Below are positions 11,305-21,328 of a stretch of 64,000 bases of DNA, one piece after another. The notes under the pieces were generated by a model. It ran no database searches and was not told where the DNA came from. It worked only from the letters and a program-made list of their open reading frames with translations. The first letter of the stretch is position 1, and every line of letters begins with the position of its first letter. Source of the DNA: an uncultured Desulfarculus sp. (lineage in GTDB: Bacteria > Desulfobacterota > Desulfarculia > Desulfarculales > Desulfarculaceae); the NCBI GenBank assembly GCA_963665125.2, contig CAXXUK010000002.1, forward strand, positions 960,001 through 1,024,000. The letters run 5' to 3'. A program made the position numbers and the translations under genes.

Positions 11305-12354
11305 TCAGCCCCCCAGACGGGACATTTGGCAGCCGCTTGGCGCTTGCCTGTCCGGCTTGGTGTAGCCGTGGCGCCTGGGCTTGTTTTGGGCCGCCGAGGC
11401 GATGGCCTCGGCAAGTTGATCGTCAGATGCGTCGGAACGCAGAATAGGGGCCAGGGCGACGCGGCGGTCATTGAACAGGCAAGGCACCAGGTAGCCGTCG
11501 GAAGTCAGGCGCAGGCGGTTGCATTGATCACAGAAATGACTGCTGATGGCGCTGATCACGCCTATCTCTCCGGCCCAGCCTTCGGGCTTGTAGCGCCTGG
11601 CCGGACCGTCGGCTGAATTGTTGGTAAGGGGCTGCAAGGAAGCGATGCGCTTCAGACGGCGCAGGACATCGTCGGAAGATACAAAACGATCCGGCCGGTA
11701 GGCTGTTTGGCGGCCCACGGGCATGTATTCGATAAAGCGTACGGCCAAAGGCTTTTGGTGAGCCAGGGCGGCGAATTCCTCCAACTCGTCTTCATTGAGC
11801 CCGGCCATGGGCACCACGTTGAGCTTAACCTGCAATTCGGGCCGTTGCAGGGCCATGTCCAGGCCGTGTATGATCTCCTTGAGCGCGGCCGGGCCATGCT
11901 CCGGCGGCAAACCGGCTATGGCGGCAAAGCGCTCTGGTCTGAGCGTATCCAGGCTCAAGTTGATGGTGGAAACGCCGCCGGCTATAAGGTCATCCAGGCG
12001 GCGCGCCAAAATCATGCCGTTTGTGGTCAGGCGTATGTCCGGCCTGGGGTCGAGCTTTCCAAACAGTTCCAGCAGGTAATTAATGTTGCGCCTGAGTAGT
12101 GGTTCGCCGCCGGTCAGGCGGATTTTCTCCACGCCCATGGATACGGCTATCCGGGCAACCCTGGCAATTTCCTCAAGGCGCAGGATTTCTTCGTGCGGTA
12201 TTTTGGGCACGCCTTCCGGAGGCATGCAGTATACACAACGCAGGTTGCACCGGTCAGTGAGTGAAATTCGCAGGTAATTTAATTTTCTGCCGAAATTGTC
12301 AATAAGTGTCGGAAAACCTTGAATGTCGGATTGTTCGCCACTATTAGCGGTCAT
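11305..12354 (-). CDS. moaA: GTP 3',8-cyclase MoaA
   Basis: YLRISLTDRCNLRCVYCM, FCDQCNRLRLT, C-terminal MSRLGG. Confidence 0.96.
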   Translation of the reverse strand: MTANSGEQSDIQGFPTLIDNFGRKLNYLRISLTDRCNLRCVYCMPPEGVPKIPHEEILRLEEIARVARIAVSMGVEKIRLTGGEPLLRRNINYLLELFGKLDPRPDIRLTTNGMILARRLDDLIAGGVSTINLSLDTLRPERFAAIAGLPPEHGPAALKEIIHGLDMALQRPELQVKLNVVPMAGLNEDELEEFAALAHQKPLAVRFIEYMPVGRQTAYRPDRFVSSDDVLRRLKRIASLQPLTNNSADGPARRYKPEGWAGEIGVISAISSHFCDQCNRLRLTSDGYLVPCLFNDRRVALAPILRSDASDDQLAEAIASAAQNKPRRHGYTKPDRQAPSGCQMSRLGG

Positions 12355-12416
12355 CTGGTATGCCTATCAAAAAAACATGTAAAGATAACTTAGTTTAGTA
12401 CCACCAACACCGTGCG

Positions 12417-14084
12417 TCAATGACTCACCATGGCTTTACACCATTGCACCACCAGGGTCAGTTTTTCATATTCGCTCTTCATTTGCATGTCATAGTTTGT
12501 TTTAGCTTCATAACTCAGGGCGCGGCGTTTGAGATATGGATCGTCGAGGTAGCTCTGACAAATGCGCAGCAGCTTGCGCATAACCCTGGGGTGGTCGGCC
12601 GCCAATTGCTCTCCCTCCTCGCTTAGAAAGTGGTTCAGAATGATCAATATCTGCAAGTGCTGCAGTTTGCGCCCTTCATAGTCGGCGCGGTTACGCACCA
12701 GCCGCTCCAATAGGCGCATGCGGTGGGCCAGGCGCAGTTCGGTCAACAGTCCCTGGATTTCCTGGACCAACTCGCGGTGTCTGTCAAAGCAGGAGGCCAG
12801 GTCCTGGTCATCCAAAAAGCTGATGACAACCTTTACGATGCGCTCGAAATGATCCGGGCTGTAGTCGGCAATCTGGAAACGGTTTTTTTGCAACCATGCC
12901 GCCAGGAAGCGCAGTCGGTCGTCCACGTCCATGGTGGCGGCGATTATTTCGCGCTGGGAATAGACAATGGCGCCCTGGTGTTCGCCGCGCACAATATCAT
13001 TGAGTTGCAGCAGGCGGTCCTGGCTCAGGCCCAGGATGTCCAGGCCTTCCAGAATTTCGCCTGTCTGGGGATGTACGACCTCCTGGGTCAGGACCGAGCA
13101 TGCGCGGTCTTCCATGACATTGTCGCGGTGATAAGCATGCTGTTGATATTTGACGCGCAGAATGACCACCTGACGCTTGGCGTCCACGAAATAGCCGCCT
13201 TTGGTCATATGCTCGAGACGCTGCGAGTCGCAGCCCGTGGCGCGCACCAAGGCTACCTTTTCGACACGGGGAAGTCTTCCCACGGCCCCCTCGCTGGTCA
13301 GCGTGGTCAGCGTGCGGTCGCTGTGGCCCAGAACCTTTACGGCGAAGCGTTCCTTGCGCCGGAGCAGGCGCCGGGCAAAAAGAGCTGCGGATGTATGGCG
13401 TTCGCCGCAGATGGGAAATGCTGTCTGTTCCATTAAAAAGCGGTAGACGAACAGGCGATTGGCTGCATACATGGCGTTGTCGCCCGGTGTGAATTTGCCA
13501 ATGGCCTGGCCCAAGCGCTTGATCTCTCCGTCGAGGTCAGAGGGAAAGGAGGCGAATATGCCGGCTAGGCGGAATTCATCGTCGGTGTCCCTGGCTATGA
13601 CATGGCCCCGGTCCATGCGCAGCAGCAGCCTGAGTAGCTCTGGGTAGTTGGCCAGGGGGGTCAGGGCCTTGCGGCCGACGATATTTTCCATGTCCGCCAA
13701 TAAATTTCGCGGCAGGCGGTCGCGGAAGGTCTGGCGGTTTGCCGCGGCCAGGGTTGGGTCCATGGGCCTGCCCTCGGGCGGCATGATGTCGAATTGAAAG
13801 CCTTCGTCCTGATAGCTTATGGGCCTGTCCAGGATCACCATGCTGAAGGCGGGCAAATTGCCGTGTTCTACCAGAGGGCTGTCCAGAGGCGGCGCCAACT
13901 CCCGGGACTCCACCAAAGGATAGTCCGGCCCGTAATGGGATAAAAGACCGCAATTGATGTGGAGGAAGTCCAGAGCTTGGACCAAGTTGTTGAAATTGCC
14001 GGGCCCCCGGTCGCCGCCGAAGTAATCCCCGAGGGGTGTGTCCTGGATTTTTACTTGGCCGAAGGCTTTTTTGCGTTTGGTCAT
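12417..14084 (-). CDS. Hypothetical protein (~555 aa)
   Basis: Long ORF with host-like codon usage; no recognised motif. Confidence 0.75.
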   Translation of the reverse strand: MTKRKKAFGQVKIQDTPLGDYFGGDRGPGNFNNLVQALDFLHINCGLLSHYGPDYPLVESRELAPPLDSPLVEHGNLPAFSMVILDRPISYQDEGFQFDIMPPEGRPMDPTLAAANRQTFRDRLPRNLLADMENIVGRKALTPLANYPELLRLLLRMDRGHVIARDTDDEFRLAGIFASFPSDLDGEIKRLGQAIGKFTPGDNAMYAANRLFVYRFLMEQTAFPICGERHTSAALFARRLLRRKERFAVKVLGHSDRTLTTLTSEGAVGRLPRVEKVALVRATGCDSQRLEHMTKGGYFVDAKRQVVILRVKYQQHAYHRDNVMEDRACSVLTQEVVHPQTGEILEGLDILGLSQDRLLQLNDIVRGEHQGAIVYSQREIIAATMDVDDRLRFLAAWLQKNRFQIADYSPDHFERIVKVVISFLDDQDLASCFDRHRELVQEIQGLLTELRLAHRMRLLERLVRNRADYEGRKLQHLQILIILNHFLSEEGEQLAADHPRVMRKLLRICQSYLDDPYLKRRALSYEAKTNYDMQMKSEYEKLTLVVQWCKAMVSH

Positions 14085-14224
14085 CGCCACTCGGAAGCTA
14101 AGAGATTGAAAAAGTAGTAACATGTCAGAAGGAAGCCGGTCAACCTTTCCTGGCCAAAGTGAATAAATAATGCCTCTGGCAAGTTGACAAGGGAGGCTGC
14201 TTCTGATAGATAATTCTCCGCAAC

Positions 14225-14300
14225 GGGGCTATAGCTCAGCTGGGAGAGCGCCTGACTGGCAGTCAGGAGGTCTGGGGTTCAAGTCCCCATAGCTCCACCA
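14225..14300 (+). tRNA. tRNA-Ala(GGC), integration target
   Basis: 76-nt cloverleaf GGGGCTA...CCA, anticodon arm cctga-ctGGCag-tcagg. Confidence 0.97.
14256..14300 (+). repeat. attL core (45-bp direct repeat, 3' part of tRNA-Ala)
   Basis: ctggcagtcaggaggtctggggttcaagtccccatagctccacca identical to 46555-46599. Confidence 0.95.
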
Positions 14301-14308
14301 AAGATATC

Positions 14309-14341
14309 AACGGGTTAGCTGGAAACGGCTAATCCGTTTTT
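14309..14341 (+). terminator. Terminator after tRNA-Ala supplied by the element
   Basis: aacgggttagctg-gaaa-cggctaatccgtt + T run. Confidence 0.75.
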
Positions 14342-15422
14342 ACGTTTGGGTGTGGATTTGGGTGTGGATTTCCCGCACCCGCTCAAATGTTTCAATGGCC
14401 TCCCTCTCCGTCTGGCCGATGCTGTGCAGATACACCTCGGTGGTCTTGCGGTTCTCATGACCCAGAATTCGCTGGATGGCTCCCATGGGCACATTGTGGC
14501 TGTCCATGATGGAGGCTCCCGCGTGGCGCAGGGCATGAAAACAGAAGTACTTGACCTCGGCCTTGCCGCACAGGGCGCGCATTATGCTCTTACGGTCGCG
14601 ATAAGGCCCGGAGACGGTCTTTCCCGTGCTCCGCTGCCTGTATGTGTGCCAAAACACCCAGGGCTTGTCCTGATCGCGCTGCGCGTGACGGCGGTCCAGG
14701 ATGGCATGCAACCGCCTGGTCATCGGCACCCGGCGCGGCGTCAGATGGCCGCCCCGCTTTTTCCTGGTGTAGAGCGTCACGGTGCGGCGGTCAAAATCCA
14801 CGTCATCCCATGTCAGGCGGTTGATTTCGCCGACCCGGCCCATTGTTTCGACTATGGTCCATAGGTAGTCCTGGACCTCGCAGTCGGCCATGCTGATGAC
14901 CTTGACGATATCCTCCAGCGGGGGGACGTATTTCTCCTTTTTGTGCACCGGTAGAAACTCGATTCCGTCCAGGGGATTGGTTTTTACCAGGCCCCTCTTT
15001 TTACCCCAGTTGAAGGTAGCCCTGAGGTAGCGGATTTCACAGTTCACGCTTTGGGGGCTGATCTGGCGTTTCCGGACCAGGATGAACGCCTCGATCATGT
15101 CGCGCGTTATCTGGCCGCATGTCAGCCCTTTCCAGCGCTTTGTCCAGCGGCGGGCATAGTAGCAATAATCCTGGTAGTGCCGCTTTGAGTTGTATGTCTG
15201 GACAAAATCCAGCCTCTTGTTAACCAGCTCCAAGAAGGCCATGTCTGTTTGGGTCTTCTCCGGGGCCTGGCTCTCCGGCTGTGGGTTTTGCAGCTCCTCT
15301 CTCTTGCGGGCTTCGGCCTGTCTGGCTTCGCCCTTGGTTTTGTAGCACTTGCTTGTGTATCTTTGTCCGGCCAGGGTGAAGTCGTACTTCCACCCCCGGC
15401 CTTTGCGGGAATATGCGCTCAT
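14340..15422 (-). CDS. Tyrosine integrase
   Basis: GRVGEINRLTWDDVDF, FHALRH, ILGHENRKTTEVY; next to attL. Confidence 0.95.
   Translation of the reverse strand: MSAYSRKGRGWKYDFTLAGQRYTSKCYKTKGEARQAEARKREELQNPQPESQAPEKTQTDMAFLELVNKRLDFVQTYNSKRHYQDYCYYARRWTKRWKGLTCGQITRDMIEAFILVRKRQISPQSVNCEIRYLRATFNWGKKRGLVKTNPLDGIEFLPVHKKEKYVPPLEDIVKVISMADCEVQDYLWTIVETMGRVGEINRLTWDDVDFDRRTVTLYTRKKRGGHLTPRRVPMTRRLHAILDRRHAQRDQDKPWVFWHTYRQRSTGKTVSGPYRDRKSIMRALCGKAEVKYFCFHALRHAGASIMDSHNVPMGAIQRILGHENRKTTEVYLHSIGQTEREAIETFERVREIHTQIHTQT
14347..14371 (+). promoter_or_regulatory. Putative integrase arm-type sites (tandem 12-mer), left
   Basis: tgggtgtggatttgggtgtggattt identical to 46415-46439. Confidence 0.7.
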
Positions 15423-15573
15423 AGATATCCTTTTTGCTGGGGAACAGCAGGACACCCCTGAGCTTCCTAGCGCCAAGCAACTCCTTGTTTTTGTAAACCC
15501 AGCTCAGGCTTACATGGAGAAACTCGGCAACCTCCTCAGGGGTCAGTATTTCAGGCTGGGCGGAATTTGGCAA
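15220..15573 (-). CDS. Excisionase-like HTH protein overlapping integrase
   Basis: EILTPEEVAEFLHVSLSWVYK winged HTH directly upstream of int. Confidence 0.8.
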   Translation of the reverse strand: MPNSAQPEILTPEEVAEFLHVSLSWVYKNKELLGARKLRGVLLFPSKKDIYERIFPQRPGVEVRLHPGRTKIHKQVLQNQGRSQTGRSPQERGAAKPTAGEPGPGEDPNRHGLLGAG

Positions 15574-15574
15574 G

Positions 15575-17020
15575 CTACGGCCCCAATTTCAGCAATTTCG
15601 GCTCATGCTCCTCGGCCTCAATGGCGGCCGGGGGCATCTCCGAGCGTTTCTTGAGCTTGTTTTCCTGAAAATACGGCAGGACGCTTTCAAGCTGGATCGG
15701 TAATTTGTTGCCGTGGATCAGCACTGCTTGGTTTTGCTCGAGCATGCGGATTTCATCAGGGTGCATCAGCGGCTCGCTGACGCTCCGGCCTGTCTTGTGG
15801 TCCTGCACCGTGGCTTGGCCCAGGGAGCGGCTGACGGCTTCGCAGGTCTCCACGCCCAGGCCCGGCAGGATCAGCTTGCTGACCAGCCCGCCCGAGAGCA
15901 TGGTCCGGGCGGCTGCCTGGCCGTATTTGTCGGTTAGCTGGCCAAAGTCCTGCAAAGCGATCATGATGCCGCATTTACGCTTGCGCAGGGTCGTGCAGAC
16001 CGTGGGGAAAGTCGGCAAATAAAGCTGGCCAAACTCATCCAGGGCCAGCAGGGTGAAGCGCAGACGTTGGTAGGCGTCGGAGCCTTCCACGGGCCGGGCC
16101 ATGAGCGCGTCGAATATGGCCTCGGCGATGAGGCTGATGATCAGCGAATAATAGGCCTGCTTGTTTTCCGGCACGCAGATGTAGAGCACGGCCTTGCCCA
16201 GGTCGAATTTACTCAGATCAAGATCGTCATGGCAGGTGATGCGGGCCGTGGCCGGATCGTTGAACGGAGCCAATGCCGCCGAGGCTGTCGCGGTGACACC
16301 GGAGCGCTGGTTGTCGCCGTAGTTGCATATGGCCCGATACTTGGCGAAAAGCTGGTCGTCGTCCAGGTGTTCTGCGATGAAGTCATCGATGATCTTGCGG
16401 CCTACACCATTGCACAGGTATTCGGCGTTCGAGAAATTGACATAGTCTCTGGCTAGGACCTCGACCGCCCCGCCTTCTTCGTTGAGTTCTTCGACCATGT
16501 AGTTGGCAAGGGCTCGGAAGACAATATTGATCAGGGCCTTGGCGTCAGAGGTCCAGAAGCTCTGTTCCTTGGGGTAGGCGTGATCGACGATGCTGGCGGC
16601 CATGCGTTGCAGTGCGTGATGATCGCCACGGTTGCGCAGCAGGGGATTGAAACCGTGCGAGTTCTGCGGATTCTCGAAGTCCAGTTTGTAGACTGTGTAA
16701 CCTTGGGATTCCAGCCACCCGCTGGTCTTCATGAACAGCTCTCCGGCCAAGTCGGTGACCACAAAGTTGGCGTCCACCTCCAGCAGGTTGGGGATTATCT
16801 GGGTGCTGGATTTACCCGAGCCCACCGTGCCCACGATGACCGCGTTCTTGCAGGAGTTAGCTACATTCAGAAAACGGCCGGGGGCAAAGCGCATCCCATC
16901 CTCTATTTTGTTGAGGATTTGGGGGACATCCCACCTGTTCATGAATCTGGCGCGGGCCATGGTGCTCCTTTGGGCCGGGTCTGTGCGGCCTAGTAGCTCG
17001 TGGAAAAATCGGCGGATCAT
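15575..17020 (-). CDS. VirD4/TraG-like type IV coupling protein
   Basis: Walker A GTVGSGKS, FNPL, FWT, Walker B LALDEFGQL, LQDFGQLTDKYG. Confidence 0.9.
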   Translation of the reverse strand: MIRRFFHELLGRTDPAQRSTMARARFMNRWDVPQILNKIEDGMRFAPGRFLNVANSCKNAVIVGTVGSGKSSTQIIPNLLEVDANFVVTDLAGELFMKTSGWLESQGYTVYKLDFENPQNSHGFNPLLRNRGDHHALQRMAASIVDHAYPKEQSFWTSDAKALINIVFRALANYMVEELNEEGGAVEVLARDYVNFSNAEYLCNGVGRKIIDDFIAEHLDDDQLFAKYRAICNYGDNQRSGVTATASAALAPFNDPATARITCHDDLDLSKFDLGKAVLYICVPENKQAYYSLIISLIAEAIFDALMARPVEGSDAYQRLRFTLLALDEFGQLYLPTFPTVCTTLRKRKCGIMIALQDFGQLTDKYGQAAARTMLSGGLVSKLILPGLGVETCEAVSRSLGQATVQDHKTGRSVSEPLMHPDEIRMLEQNQAVLIHGNKLPIQLESVLPYFQENKLKKRSEMPPAAIEAEEHEPKLLKLGP

Positions 17021-17056
17021 ATGGCGGGTTAACGGCCCGCCAATTATAGCAAATGC

Positions 17057-17338
17057 TTAGAATTTGCCGCCGAAGATGCGCTTGACAGCCGCCCAGATCA
17101 GCCACAAGGCGATGAGCGGCCCGGCCACGCTGACCAGGGCGGCCATGAGGCTGTCCAGCACGCTGATGGCCCCGGCGGCCACGGTGTTGGTAAGCCGGGC
17201 GAACCAACCGCTCTGCACGGCCAGCCAGATCAAAAGGCCCAGGCCCACGGGTACGGCCAGCTTGCGCCGCGCCAGCAGCCACAGACCCACGCGGCAGAAT
17301 CCCCGATACGTCTTGCTCAGAAAATCTTTCATATTCAT
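17057..17338 (-). CDS. Small two-TM membrane protein
   Basis: Two hydrophobic segments; coupled to neighbours. Confidence 0.7.
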   Translation of the reverse strand: MNMKDFLSKTYRGFCRVGLWLLARRKLAVPVGLGLLIWLAVQSGWFARLTNTVAAGAISVLDSLMAALVSVAGPLIALWLIWAAVKRIFGGKF

Positions 17339-17686
17339 TCATCGCTCCAGTTCCGGTCCGTTGTTTTTGGCCAGTTCCTGCCCGGCCTCACGCTCCTTGC
17401 GGTCTTGATCCAATTGGGCGGTGCGATTTCGAGCATCCTCCCGGCGTTCTTTTTTGTCTTTGCGCGCCTGCTTGGCGTCACGCACCCGCAAGCTCAGCAG
17501 TTCGTTGCTCAGTTCCATCTGCTTGGCGCTGTGGTAATCCTTGAGCAGCTTGGCGGCCTGATCCTGAGTAAGGCTCATGGCTGGCTTGATGCCCACCTTG
17601 CGCAGCTTCTGGCGCTGCTCCTCGGTGGCCTGTTTTACCGGTGCGACCCCGGTGACCATGCCGCGCATAAACTGCTTCATGCCCAT
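17339..17686 (-). CDS. Hypothetical charged/coiled-coil protein
   Basis: SD aaggagg before ATG 17686; abuts next gene. Confidence 0.65.
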   Translation of the reverse strand: MGMKQFMRGMVTGVAPVKQATEEQRQKLRKVGIKPAMSLTQDQAAKLLKDYHSAKQMELSNELLSLRVRDAKQARKDKKERREDARNRTAQLDQDRKEREAGQELAKNNGPELER

Positions 17687-17696
17687 TTCCGCCTCC

Positions 17697-18365
17697 TTAC
17701 AGCCTGGGGATGGCCACGAATTCGGCCGCACCGGCCTGCTCAAACCAGCGGGACCAAAGCTCCTGCAAGCGGCGGCTCTGGGGGGCGGTCTTGAGGCCAT
17801 AACCGCAACCGATGGCAGCGACTCGGGCCTTGGCCAAAAGCCCGGCGGGCGGCGCGGGCAACCCGCCGGAGTTGTAAGCGGCCAGGCGGTAGCAGTTGGC
17901 GTCCGGGCTGTATTCGAGCATGTCGCTAAGGATGATCAGCCGGGCGTTGCGGCCTTTGACCAGGCTTGAGAGGTCATACAGGGCGCGGATGATTTGGGTC
18001 CGGTCCTGGACCTTGAGCTTGCCGCTGGCGGCCAGCTTGGGCACGGCGGCCAGAATCCTGGCCAGCTTGGCGGCCACCTCGCGGGGTTTGCTGCCCCTGC
18101 GCTTGGTCAGGGTATAGTCCAGGGCCAGGCCGTTGACCGTGGCGTCGGCCAGGCCAAAGGTGCGGAGGCTGACCCGTGAGCCCAGGGGCAAACCGGCCAC
18201 CTCGCGGGCCACGTATGCCCCGGCCTTGGCCGCGAACGAGGCGCTGGTGATGTGGGCTGTGCTGCCGCTGAGGTCCAGCAGCACGATCACGGTTTTGCCT
18301 TGGGCGGCCGCAGGCGCACTCAGGCACAGGGTCAGCAGCATGGCGAATATCATTCTCTTAGTCAT
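17697..18365 (-). CDS. Secreted vWA-like protein
   Basis: Signal peptide, MIDAS-like LLDLSGS, LIILSDMLEYS. Confidence 0.75.
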   Translation of the reverse strand: MTKRMIFAMLLTLCLSAPAAAQGKTVIVLLDLSGSTAHITSASFAAKAGAYVAREVAGLPLGSRVSLRTFGLADATVNGLALDYTLTKRRGSKPREVAAKLARILAAVPKLAASGKLKVQDRTQIIRALYDLSSLVKGRNARLIILSDMLEYSPDANCYRLAAYNSGGLPAPPAGLLAKARVAAIGCGYGLKTAPQSRRLQELWSRWFEQAGAAEFVAIPRL

Positions 18366-19353
18366 GGTCGGCCTCCTTGGGCTGGGGTTCGGGTTCGACG
18401 AGCTTTAGAGCCTTGAGCGCCTCCAGGCAGGCGGTCTCTTTCTTTTCCGCCGCTTCGAGGTTCACCGCGCGCATCCAGCGCAGGCCATAGACCTGCTTTT
18501 TGTTGAATTTTGCGCTGTCGGAGAGGTGATACATTTCAAAGACATTGCGCCACCAGGGCACATAGGACAGGCCGTCCAGATGGGCGCGGATGATCATGTC
18601 CTGGGCGGCACGCATCAGCACCAGGCGGTTGCTGGCGATGGTCTCGGCGGCCAGGGCGGATTCGGCGGCGGCCCGCTGCAAGACAGCGATGCGCTCCAGG
18701 ATTTGCAGGCGGCCGCGCACAAAGGCCAGCATCTTCAGATTTGGCCACTGCTCCAGGATTTCCACCAGGCACACGGCGCTGCCCAGGCTTATCAGGATGT
18801 AGGCCACGGCCAGAAAGGCGGTGTGGCTGAGCAGATCGTTTTGCAGGTCCGCCGCAGTGGGTGTGCCAGCCAGGCTCTGAGCGGACTGCGCCGTCTGCGG
18901 TTCCAAACCCAGGGCGGCCAATTCTGCGTCTGCGGCTATCCCGCCGCTGCCGTTCAATTCCAGATGCCGCAGGTGCATCAGGTCGCTTCTGGCCAGGCCC
19001 ACGCCCAGCAGCATGGCCACGGTCAGCGCCCCGGCGGTCCAGAAAAGCATCTTGCGGGCATTTGCGCCCAAAAACTGCAAGGCGTATTTGAGGATCACCA
19101 CCGCGCTCAAGAGCATCAGGCCCTTTAGCGCCGCGATGGCCAGATCAAAGCCGCCGATCCCGCCCAGGGTGTCCCTGCCGAACTCGGCGAAAAAATCAAA
19201 GCCGAAAGCCCACTCCAAGGGAATGGTGACGGCCAGGATCAGGCCCGCCACCACCACCCTTAAACGGGCGGGCAGCAGCCTGGCCTCGGCCAGCTTCAGT
19301 TCGCCGTGCAGCCCGCTTTGGGGGCCGGATTCGGTCTTGGTCTGCTTGCTCAT
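18358..19353 (-). CDS. Polytopic membrane protein, unknown function
   Basis: About four hydrophobic helices; overlaps both neighbours. Confidence 0.75.
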   Translation of the reverse strand: MSKQTKTESGPQSGLHGELKLAEARLLPARLRVVVAGLILAVTIPLEWAFGFDFFAEFGRDTLGGIGGFDLAIAALKGLMLLSAVVILKYALQFLGANARKMLFWTAGALTVAMLLGVGLARSDLMHLRHLELNGSGGIAADAELAALGLEPQTAQSAQSLAGTPTAADLQNDLLSHTAFLAVAYILISLGSAVCLVEILEQWPNLKMLAFVRGRLQILERIAVLQRAAAESALAAETIASNRLVLMRAAQDMIIRAHLDGLSYVPWWRNVFEMYHLSDSAKFNKKQVYGLRWMRAVNLEAAEKKETACLEALKALKLVEPEPQPKEADHD

Positions 19354-19907
19354 CGGTCACCTCCTGCTTTGCGGCCGGTTTCAAGGTGCGTGGATTCCTC
19401 GTAACGCAGGTCATCGCCGGGCCTGGCCGGTTGGGGCGGCTGGGCCAGTTGCTTCCGGGGCCTGCCCCTGCGCTTGGCCGGAGCTTCAGGCAGGGTCTTG
19501 GCCGAAGCACCCTCGCTCAAGCGGGGAGCGGGCTCGGGCTTTACCTCTCGTTCAACCCGCAGTGCCTCGATATGCTCCGGGCTCATCTCTATCTGCGCCA
19601 ACAGTGCGGCCGCCTCGTCGCCCAAGCTCTGGGCCTGGGCCTGAAAGCCATGGGCCGCTTGCTCGATCAGGGCGCGCATCACCGCCTTGGCGCTGTCCAC
19701 ATTGGCCTGGCAAAGGGGCGCTGCCGCCTGGCTGGAGATGTAGATTTCCCGCAGGGAGTCCTTGTGCGCCCGGCGGAAGTGATTCAGCGAATCGGTGAGC
19801 AGGCCTGCGGGCAGCTCGGCTAGGCTCCACTGGGCAGCCTTGGGCCTGGGTTTGGCGTTTGCACCGGCCAAAGGCAGGGCGCGGGGCTTTTTGCGGCGTG
19901 AAAACAT
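19350..19907 (-). CDS. Hypothetical protein
   Basis: SD ggagg; ATGA overlap with downstream gene. Confidence 0.65.
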   Translation of the reverse strand: MFSRRKKPRALPLAGANAKPRPKAAQWSLAELPAGLLTDSLNHFRRAHKDSLREIYISSQAAAPLCQANVDSAKAVMRALIEQAAHGFQAQAQSLGDEAAALLAQIEMSPEHIEALRVEREVKPEPAPRLSEGASAKTLPEAPAKRRGRPRKQLAQPPQPARPGDDLRYEESTHLETGRKAGGDR

Positions 19908-19920
19908 GGGTTCCTCCGTT

Positions 19921-20265
19921 TCAGGCGGCGTGGGCGGCCAGGACGTTGAAGACAGTGACCACGGTGCGGCGGTCCAGGCTGATCACCACCGTGGTGCCGA
20001 TCCAGCGGGCCAGCTCCGGCAGACCCACGCGGAGCACGTCCTTGTCCCGGAGCTGAAAATAATAGGCATTGCTTTTGATGGCACGGGTGCCGTGATCGAA
20101 GGCGGCGCGGATGGCCTCAGGGGAAATGTCACGCTGCCTGGCGCGGCGGCGGGCGTGCAGGGAAAGGGGCGGCAGACGCCGTGGGGGATGGGCCAGGCGG
20201 CAGGGCCTCCGGGCTTGCCCCTGGGCGGGCCGTGGGTTATTTTTGGGGCTGTTTGTTTTTCGCAT
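19921..20265 (-). CDS. DUF4258-like (RelE-fold-like) protein
   Basis: SLHARRRARQRDISPEAI...TVVTVF pattern. Confidence 0.65.
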   Translation of the reverse strand: MRKTNSPKNNPRPAQGQARRPCRLAHPPRRLPPLSLHARRRARQRDISPEAIRAAFDHGTRAIKSNAYYFQLRDKDVLRVGLPELARWIGTTVVISLDRRTVVTVFNVLAAHAA

Positions 20266-20362
20266 CGACTCTCACCTCCGCTTGGGTTGAGCCAAGAGTA
20301 GAGCCGCATGATTTTTCGCGCGCGGAACCTAAGGGGAGGCAGGGGGAGTTTAGGGGGTGGTT

Positions 20363-21241
20363 ATGAGCAATGAAGAGAAACTTTTCGCTGATAAGCTGGT
20401 CGCGCTGATCAAAAAACAGGGCTTGGAACAGTTCAACGCCTATGAACAGATGCAGCGCGAGGCAAAAGAGCTCAGCGAGTATCATGAAGTCAATAACTAT
20501 TCAAAATGTATGGCCATTGAGTTCGACACCTTTAAGAAACGCTTGCAGGGCAAAAACGTCAAACGCAGCATTTTCGCCATGGCGGAAATTGCGGCAAGCT
20601 GTTTCAGGGAAAGCGGGATTACTGCGGGGCACCTGACCGACCCGTCCCTGCCCTTGGCCGATTTTCAGGCAAAGTTGGGCCTTTACGTGGGCGGACGCGG
20701 GACCGGCGACGCCTCCACGGTGCGGCAGGTCCACAAGGTGGTGTTTTTCATCAAGGCCAGGACTGGCGGCGGCGCGCCGCTGCTGTTGAATTACTTCAGT
20801 TCGGACTGGCAGATGCTGCTGTTCCCAAACGTGAACACGCCCACGGGCGGCGATGTGGAGGCAAAGCTACTCATGCTCTTGGCCGAACGCTTGGAAATCC
20901 CGAAGGACAGCATCACCCTGGCTTATGATCCCGGCGATGAGCGGCTGAAAAGCTCCACCCTAAAGGAAACGGCGGACAAGGAAAAGATCGCCAAATACGG
21001 CCAGTTTGCCCGCTATCACTTCATCTATTGTCCGGTGAAGATCGAGGCCCCGCCCGAGCATCTATTGCAGCGGCGATTCACCGTGCGCGATGTGACCTGG
21101 CAGTGGTTTTCCCTGGCCGCGCTCAAGGAGAACAACGAAATCCGCCACCACAACAACGATGTCCTGGAGCTGCTCAGCAGGGAGTTTGACGCGACGTTGG
21201 CGTTTCTTGATGATTCATTTGGGGAGGTGGTTGGTGTGTAA
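20363..21241 (+). CDS. Putative HTH + degenerate NUDIX-fold protein
   Basis: FFIKA..LLLNYFSSDWQMLLFPN...WQWFSLAALKENNEIRHHNNDV resembles SMODS/CBASS-associated NUDIX domains. Confidence 0.6.
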   Translation: MSNEEKLFADKLVALIKKQGLEQFNAYEQMQREAKELSEYHEVNNYSKCMAIEFDTFKKRLQGKNVKRSIFAMAEIAASCFRESGITAGHLTDPSLPLADFQAKLGLYVGGRGTGDASTVRQVHKVVFFIKARTGGGAPLLLNYFSSDWQMLLFPNVNTPTGGDVEAKLLMLLAERLEIPKDSITLAYDPGDERLKSSTLKETADKEKIAKYGQFARYHFIYCPVKIEAPPEHLLQRRFTVRDVTWQWFSLAALKENNEIRHHNNDVLELLSREFDATLAFLDDSFGEVVGV

Positions 21242-21328
21242 AAGTTGCGTTTTCTTTGTAGTTTCATTGCCTGAAGCCCAAAAGGACTGCTAACATCAGG
21301 GTAAATAAGGTCAATATCGAGGGCGATA

